Source: an uncultured Candidatus Saccharibacteria bacterium (GTDB lineage: Bacteria > Patescibacteriota > Saccharimonadia > Saccharimonadales > CAZDQS01). From it: a stretch of DNA of 64,000 nt. The stretch is from assembly GCA_964507855.1 (NCBI GenBank), contig CAZDQS010000003.1, forward strand, positions 85,988-149,987. The letters run 5' to 3'. The position numbers were made by a program, and so were the translations under genes. Below, piece by piece: positions 62,857 to 64,000 of this stretch. Each line of letters starts with the position of its first letter. Position 1 is the first letter of the stretch. The notes beneath the pieces are model-generated. The model saw only the letters and a list, made by a program, of their open reading frames with translations, was not told the origin of the DNA and ran no database searches.

Positions 62857-63329
62857 GTGAGTTTGAAAAATCACTAGAACTTGCCAAGCAACGGCAAGCG
62901 GTTGAGCTACAGGCTGTACTTGATGTACATAAAAGTGAACGTGTTGTAGTAGTTGGCGGCACTTGTACTGGCAAAAGTACATTGATTGAACATCTAACTG
63001 ACGCTCAAGATATGGACAAGCTGGTCTTTCCGCTTTTGACGCAGGAAGAAGCTGACTATGTTTGTCAGACGCCTTGGACACCTGAAATTGGGGAAACTAT
63101 GACACGCTTAACCAAAGAGCGGGTCAAAGTACAACCAGGTAAACCTGTATTTGGCACTGTGGTACTAGATGCTGACCGTATAGTGTATTTGAAAATAAGT
63201 GATGATTTATTACGTGAACGCACTGCTGCACGAAGTGTGTCATTTGAGGACGCTAAGAATATGCAGCAGCATATTGAAGCAGAAGTGGCTGCATCAGGGT
63301 TACCAATCACAGAGTTTGAGGTAGGTTAG
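62853..63329 (+). CDS. P-loop NTPase/kinase-like protein
   Basis: 158 aa with Walker A 'VVGGTCTGKSTL' and a 4-nt overlap upstream. Confidence 0.62.
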   Translation: MSEFEKSLELAKQRQAVELQAVLDVHKSERVVVVGGTCTGKSTLIEHLTDAQDMDKLVFPLLTQEEADYVCQTPWTPEIGETMTRLTKERVKVQPGKPVFGTVVLDADRIVYLKISDDLLRERTAARSVSFEDAKNMQQHIEAEVAASGLPITEFEVG

Positions 63330-63331
63330 AG

Positions 63332-64000
63332 GTGTATATTGCGTACTTTGATGAAACTGGCGACGATGGCTATCCAAAACGAGAAACCGAGCTATTTGTG
63401 CTAACGTCTGGGTACGCTCATCACGCTAACTGGCAAACCAACTACAAAAAAACCTTAGATTTTAGAATGTATCTTCACAAAACTTATAAGTTTCCAATTA
63501 AACTGGAGATGCACACAAAGTATTTTCTGCTCAATAAAAACCCTTATCGTCAATTTGGCTGGGATGAGAAAACACGCTTAAAGATAGTTCAGGAGTATGC
63601 TGATTTTATTGCAAGCTCAGACTTTGAGTTTATAAACGTTGCAATCAATAAGCTCAAGATAACTAAGACCAACCAAACAATGTATAAACCTATCCTTGAT
63701 GCCGCATTAAAGTTCAACGTTCAGCGAATTGAAAATACTATCAAGGCATCGCAACCAGGCACAAAGTTCTTGATTATCAGTGATGAGGGTCGTATTGGTA
63801 CGATGCGTAAAACAACTCGCAGAATACAGAAAATCAACTTCATTCCTTCAAAGATTGACGGACGAAGTTACAGGCAAGAAATTGACCTACTTATTGAAGA
63901 CCCTTTACCTAAAAACTCAAACCAATCATACTTCATACAGTTTTGCGATTATGTTTCTTTCTTCGCATATCTTAGGCTTGTGAAGAAGCTGAATGCAGGT
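63332..64000 (+). CDS. DUF3800 family protein, 3' end outside window (not in ORF track)
   Basis: My own translation from GTG 63332 is open to nt 64000. It reads 'VYIAYFDETGDDGYP...FLIISDEGRIGTMRK...NSNQSYFIQFCDYVSFFAYL', which matches the DUF3800 pattern (N-terminal DExG, C-terminal IQxxD). Confidence 0.62.
   Translation, partial: MYIAYFDETGDDGYPKRETELFVLTSGYAHHANWQTNYKKTLDFRMYLHKTYKFPIKLEMHTKYFLLNKNPYRQFGWDEKTRLKIVQEYADFIASSDFEFINVAINKLKITKTNQTMYKPILDAALKFNVQRIENTIKASQPGTKFLIISDEGRIGTMRKTTRRIQKINFIPSKIDGRSYRQEIDLLIEDPLPKNSNQSYFIQFCDYVSFFAYLRLVKKLNAG

Larger units (their letters stand above)
57889..64000. mobile_element. AT-rich, decayed integrative island at tRNA-Asn (tandem cassettes + recombinase remnant + accessory operon), continues past window end
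   Basis: It starts at the tRNA 3' end, which is repeated at 59149-59173 and 60541-60565. A serine-recombinase fragment and an Xis-like HTH are present, and GC is visibly lower than in the core genes. Confidence 0.65.

Overview
This 64-kb window comes from a compact, gene-dense bacterial genome that uses the standard code: TGA terminates well-delimited genes such as atpG and atpH. The core content includes ybaB-recR, cysS, smpB and a complete F1Fo ATP synthase operon. It also has five GT2/GT4 glycosyltransferases and many peptidoglycan peptidases and hydrolases (2x VanY/M15, S11, CHAP, S66). Further core genes are FCY1-type cytosine deaminase, GuaD guanine deaminase, a membrane-anchored nuclease and protease, and an aquaporin with a GlpA-like dehydrogenase. 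Together with very short or overlapping gene junctions, this fits a reduced-genome epibiont such as Saccharibacteria/Patescibacteria. That placement is an inference I cannot verify here. Hand-sampled backbone lines are about 55% GC. Two AT-rich accessory blocks (sampled lines about 22-42% GC) sit next to tRNA genes. (i) About 11.5-21.9 kb, next to tRNA-Gln: a type I R-M operon reading half-HsdS, HsdM, a nested Shedu-like DUF4263 nuclease, HsdS, HsdR and a DUF45 peptidase, followed by a HAD/Nudix/histidine-phosphatase trio. (ii) From 57.9 kb to the window end, next to tRNA-Asn: two integrase-less cargo cassettes, each closed by a degenerate tRNA-Asn copy. These are followed by a serine-recombinase remnant, an Xis-like HTH and an NTase-HAD-GrpB-P-loop-DUF3800 operon. 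Other points worth a second look: two SD-equipped, translationally coupled small ORFs sit between atpG/atpD and atpD/atpC. The intact tRNA-Gln is bracketed by partial copies of its own 5' and 3' ends, embedded in GC-rich multi-hairpin segments. There is a perfect CRP-type palindrome upstream of an untracked 50-aa ORF, a CIRCE-like operator before hsp20, and a long structured leader before a CHAP hydrolase gene. I saw no rRNA, CRISPR array, or intact transposase or integrase. All family calls rest on motif recognition by eye; no searches were run.
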